Shown: piece after piece, positions 56,989 to 64,000 of the stretch | Layout: each line of letters begins with the position of its first letter | Numbering within the stretch: the first letter of the stretch is position 1 | From: the human T2T-CHM13v2.0 reference genome, Homo sapiens | Reading direction: 5' to 3' (one strand) | Length of the DNA stretch: 64,000 nucleotides | Assembly: GCF_009914755.1 (NCBI RefSeq) | Contig: NC_060935.1 | Notes under the pieces: model-generated | The model's database searches: none | What the model was told of the DNA's origin: nothing | The model's input: only the letters and a program-made list of their open reading frames with translations | Program-made: the position numbers and the translations under genes

Positions 56989-58745
56989 CTGAAGGGGACA
57001 CAAGGGTCAGCCCTGGTTCAAAGAACCATCGTCTTCCACCTGTACCTGTCCTTTCCCAAAACTCCCACCCCAACTGCAGAAGTCTGAACTTGTCGTAAGC
57101 CTGTGATTGGACTGAAAACAATTAAGTGTGCCCGGTTCCTCCCCATTCCTGCCCACCAAGGGGATCTCACTTGGCCCACATATCCATGTGCCTCCCCTAC
57201 CCTGAAGGAGGTCAGTTCTGGTCATGGACTTGCTTAAACACTGTCCCCTTCCCAGAGAAAGACATGTAAGCCTAGAGTTGTTTGACATTGATCTTGATGC
57301 TTTGACTGCACTATTTTAACTCTAGGGCTTGGTCCTTTTAACTCTGGGCCTGAGCCTTGTGGTCAAGAAAGGAATGAAACATGAGGACAGGTGACTGGGA
57401 GGGGGTGTGAGACTGAAAACCTCATGTGGAGAAGACGGATGGCTTTATGATCCACCCCCTAAATCTCTGGGAGGTTTGGGTAATCCTGGACAAAGCCTTT
57501 GGAGTTGGCACCAGAGAAGGAGGGGCCTGAAGTTCCTTCTCTTTTTTAAGCATAGCAAGTGAGAGAATTGGGCAGGCGAACATACGCAGAGAGAGACAAG
57601 CAGAAACCGAGGCAGAGTGGCCACCACCCCTCGTGGGGGTCTTCCCAGCTCTCCAGGCAGTTTTTTTTTTGGCCCCTCAGCCTTCCCGCACCTTGTTCTT
57701 CACTCTGTTACAAGGGTCACTCTGCTGCATTGTGATGAACCATTTACACCTGTGTCACCGATTCAACCACGAATTCCAAAGAATGGGGCCTTGCTCCAAG
57801 TTAGTGGCTGCTGGAGTCTGAATGGATGCATGAGTGAGTGAATAAATGAGAGTAAGGAAAGGAGGGGTTGATGGTCCTCTCCTAGATGAAGGAAGCCCGC
57901 TTTGTTCACAATTCTGAAGTTGGCGAAGTTTGTTTCTAGCCCCGCTTCTCCCCCTGGTTCCTTCCTCCTGCCCTCTCCCTGGACCTGAGTTCCCTGATAG
58001 CACTTCTCCCAGAGGCAGCCTCTTGCCCCATGGAAGACCCTTGACTGGCCCTACGCCTTCTGGGGTCACTGCTTCCCAAGATGGCCAGAGGTAATCGCGA
58101 GAACTAGTCAGTGTTAAGGGGAATCCCAGAGTCCACAGAATTGGTCTGAGCTCTAATAGGGGCCTTCTAGAGGCCCAACGCACATGGGTGCTTAATAAAT
58201 GTCTAGAGGATAAACCAGACACTAGACATCTGAGGTTCCCAGATGAGAAACTAGGATGGAGTGCAAGGGACTGTGTGGCCTGAAGAGTTAGAATCGGTCT
58301 CTTGATTCTGGCCTCGAAGGAGCCAAGGATGGCGATGATTATTAGCACCACGAAGCAGGAAACAGGATGGAGACAGGTTAGCGGTGAAAGGGCAGGTGAG
58401 GCACCTGGAAAAGCCCTTTGCAGTCACAGGGAACTTCTCAGGAAAGTCATAGCCTCCATTTATTGAGTGGCTACTGAGGTAGGGCCTTTACGTTATATAA
58501 AAATCATCCCACTTCGTCTTCTCAACACCCCTAGAGGTAGATACTATACTATTAGTCACACTTTCTAAATGAGAAAAGAGCCTTGAAAGGTTAAGTTGCC
58601 TGAGATCACAAAGCATGTAAAAACTGTCACCAGGGCCCGTGTACTTTCCACGATGCTGAGCTGCCTCTGGTGGGTAGACGTGGACTCATTCACGCTCAAT
58701 ACTTGCTGCAGGTCTACTGGGTGCCAGGCCTTCTTCTGAGCACTA

Positions 58746-60635
<1,890 letters not shown>

Positions 60636-62233
60636 CCATTCTCACTGCCGCGTGGAGGATGGATTTAGGGGGGGAAACAGGAAGACCTGTTAGGAGGCTT
60701 GTGTGGCAGCCCAGGAAAGAGATGACAGATGATGGTGGCTTGGATTAGGGGGAGCAGTGATGGTGGAGAGAAGTGGAGGGATTGAGGGTATATTTTGCAG
60801 ATACCAGCAAAAGTCCTCTGGGTTGAGGAAACTGTATGTGAACTCTGTGAAAGGAGAAATGAATTAACTCCAATGGCTCAAAAAACTTGGACTTTGTCAA
60901 CTGGACCACATGATATGTCTGGAATTTTCTGTTATGATTTCCTTTCTGTTCTCTGGCTATATTTCATAAAGTCCTTCTTGAAAAGGCTGATTGGCCTCAG
61001 ATGTGCTAAGGCAAACCGAGGGGAGGCAGTCATGGTGGGGGTTGTGTCTCCATTTCTACTTGGGGCCAACACGGTAGAAGCAGTGGTGAGTCAGGAGGAA
61101 AGACCCCAGGAGGAGTGAGACCCCAGTGTCAAAGTCAGGAGGGGGGCTAGCCACCCTCTCCGCCACCCCACAGGATCTCCTCCAGAGCTCTGTCTGCTCC
61201 CACCCCAGAGGGTTCTGTTTTAACAAGGGAGACTCTTAGAGGCCTTCTGCATTCCTCTCTTGGCTCTGTGCAGGGAAAGAGTGGGGCTGGGAGGCTGGCT
61301 CGGGCTGGGAGCTAGCTACCCCTCCCTCCAAGCACCAACACCCAGACAAAGAAAGCTGGGGACATCCACACTGGGCTCCAGGCAGCTGAGCTAAAGCCAA
61401 GGGTTTTTCAGGCCTCCTAAGCCACTTCCTCCTCTTCCGCCCCTCCAATCTCATACCTTACTTGTGAATTCTGGACCACATGGGGGTCTCATTTATTCTA
61501 CCCAGTTGATTTTACAAGGCCCTGTGGAGGTGCTGGATTGTCATGGGGTGCGATGGGGTGGGAGGAGATGGAAAACAAAAACATGGTCTCTACCCCAGGT
61601 GGCTCAGCCTTTGGCAGGGAATCATGCCAGGTGTGAGTGAGGGCCCAGCAAGTCCTAGCCTCAGAGGTTCAGTCTAGGAGGGGCAGTAACTATGTTGCCT
61701 GGTCAACAATGATCAGGAGAAAGGGGCAGAGAAACTTATGTGGGATCCCAGAAGAAGAAAATCCTTCCAGGTGGAGGTCATTTTCCCATTTGAGCAAATC
61801 CTTGAGGAACAAGTAGTTGGGCTAGTGGAGGTGGGGGAACACATCCTAAGGCAGGGCCAAAGTGGCTGGAGGAAATAGTACGTGAAAAGAAGGGAATGGG
61901 AGATAAGGTCAAAAAGGCTCTGTCTTGGGCTGCGTGGGAGGCAGGGAGGCTGGCACCAGCACGAGGTGGAAAGAAGGCTGGGATGTGAGATGGGAGACCA
62001 GGGCCCTCATCCCAACCCAGCCACTAATGTTTGTGTGACTTATCTTTGGGAGGTACACAGTAGCCATCTAATCCTATATATTGAGTAGTCAGTAGTGAAG
62101 TGGCTTGTCCCAAGTCTCTCAGCTGCCGCTGACAGCACAGTTCTAGAAGGCCTGGTCCTCCTTCTGGGGTGACTTCTCTGGAGGGTTCTCAGACATCCCT
62201 GACACAGGTGGTCAGGTGGCCAGAGGAACCTAC

Positions 62234-62346
62234 CTCTGAGCAGGTACAGCGCAGGCAGTACATCAGGCCTTGTGGCTCCAAGTAGGGGTGCCAGCTCTCG
62301 CCGGGGGAGTATCTCTTCCCATGGAAAAGGCAGAACATGTCTGGGC
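62234..62346 (-). CDS. CHRDL2: CHRDL2 coding exon 2 (N-terminal half of VWC/CR1)
   Basis: ccag|GC CCA GAC ATG...TCA GAG|gtaggt; 113 nt; (R)PDMFCLFHGKRYSPGESWHPYLEPQGLMYCLRCTCSE. Confidence 0.96.
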
Positions 62347-62892
62347 CTGGCAAACCGACCAGTGCCATGTTAGTCCCAGGAGGCTCCAGCCCAAAGACCC
62401 TGTCTCATTTCTCCTTCTTTCTAGCTCTAAAAGAGATGTCATCTGGGCCACTCAGACAAAAGAGAATCTGCTAGACAACTGGGCATGCTCTCCTAGGCAA
62501 GGGGCCAGAAGGTCTGAGTTTGAATCTCGGCTTTACCACACACTTACTGTGCAACACTGGGCATGCCACTGTCTCTGAGCCTTAACGCTTATCTCACAGG
62601 GCAGTTAGGGAATCAAGCAGTGAAATGCTGTACAGATTTATATCATGGTATCAACGTTAATTATTATGATTAGACAAATGAGGCCCAGAGAGGGTAAGTT
62701 ACACCTGAGGGCCACACAGCAAGTCAGTCACCAGGCAGCGATGACAGCACCAGTCTCCTGACTCAGTCCCACGCTCCTCTGCCCTCACAATCATGCTTGT
62801 TTCCTTTTTATTTGTCCCATTTGGCTTATTTAGTACATCACCTCACCCTTCCCTCCCTTCCCACCCCTCTCTCCTCTCCCATCCCCCTCCCC

Positions 62893-62893
62893 T

Positions 62894-62944
<51 letters not shown>

Positions 62945-62950
62945 TACACA
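62893..62950. repeat. (CA)n microsatellite, a 58-bp alternating purine-pyrimidine tract
   Basis: tgta(ca)n cgtgtacaca; directly preceded by a C/T-rich tract at ~62840-62892. Confidence 0.95.
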
Positions 62951-64000
62951 TTCTCTGGGTCCTGTAGCCCACCTTTTGAACAAAGTCCTCCTGGTGTGAA
63001 GATCACCAGGCACCTGTGTAGAGGAGGATTGGCAGGGATGGGGCCTGAGGCCATGGCTCTGGGAGCTTTCTTGCTTTCACACTGTACTATGTCCTTATAT
63101 TTTGGTGAGCCGTGATGAGAAGGTTGTTAGGAAACTGACTTTCAAGTATCCTTAAAAATGGTCGTTGCTACTACTGTGATTTGTGATTGGCACACCAATG
63201 GACTTTTTTGCAATCGCACATCAGTTGTCAATATCTGGATGAATGCTTCTAAGAATTACTAAAATCGTTTGTTCCATGGGTTGGCTATCTCTCCTACAAT
63301 CCTGCATTCCTGAAACCTCTGCCTTTCTCACCTCCCATAACCCACTGATCCACTCCTGCTCCCACCTCCTACCCACTCACCTCCAGCCCTGGGTCAGACC
63401 TCCCAGCCCAGCACTGCAGCCTTGTGCCCTGCCCCTCTGCCTCCCGCCCTATCCTCACCAACCCTCCTCTACGCAGGTACCTAGCGATCTTCACGCCAGC
63501 AGGGAAAAACACTCCATTGCCTGAGCTCTTTTCAGGAGGAACTGGGAGGCTCAGCACAAGCTAAGTGCCAGTAAAGGTTTGTTGAATTAAATGAGATTGA
63601 AATATGGAGAAGGGAACCAACATTATTGACTATCTTCTCTTTGCCGAACCCCTTATAGAAGTTAATTATCTCATTAACATTATTGTTTTGACCATTAAAT
63701 TAGATAACGCTTGTAAAGTGTTTACCCAGTCCAGTTTCTGACCCTTAGTCGAATGCTATTATTATGATAATTGTGGTAACAATCACAAAGCCACTGCAAA
63801 ATGGACATTGTCATCTTCTGGAATAGATGACAGTATCCGTCTTGCAGTGGCTTTGGACTGTTACCACAATTATGAGAAGGCTCACAGAGACTATGCCACT
63901 TGCCTAAAGTCCTCCGCTAGGATTTCAGCCCAGGACTCCCGCCTCCAAAGCAGAGCTCCTTTCTCTTCACCTCATCTCTCATCTCCTGTGGCTTTTTACA

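Overview
Human genomic DNA (a human-specific AluYb8 is present) containing the 3' ~24 kb of CHRDL2 (chordin-like 2, a BMP antagonist) on the minus strand. All coding exons except the first are here, each with GT/AG ends and consistent phases: 62234-62346, 56895-56988, 54358-54500, 51811-51904, 49996-50051, 47995-48163, 46814-47008, 46303-46476, 40706-40798 and 40010-40086. An AATAAA poly(A) signal lies at 39951-39956. An extra 55-nt cassette exon (45102-45156) is exonised from a MIR SINE and shifts the reading frame of the last two exons. The remaining ~40 kb is non-coding and rich in repeats: nested L1, THE1 and MST elements (1-12 kb), many Alus, MLT1 and LTR16-type LTRs, a tailless 7SK retropseudogene, an orphan CpG island at ~27 kb, and a possible plus-strand terminal exon at ~12.3-12.8 kb. 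I see no new protein-coding system. The best new lead is a possible RNA-structure switch: an inverted MIR ~290 nt downstream can pair over the whole cassette exon and its 3' splice site, inverted Alus enclose both, and the two reading frames both end in ...TKT-stop. Two local inverted duplications are also visible. Repeat subfamily names come from memory of the consensus sequences and repeat boundaries are approximate.
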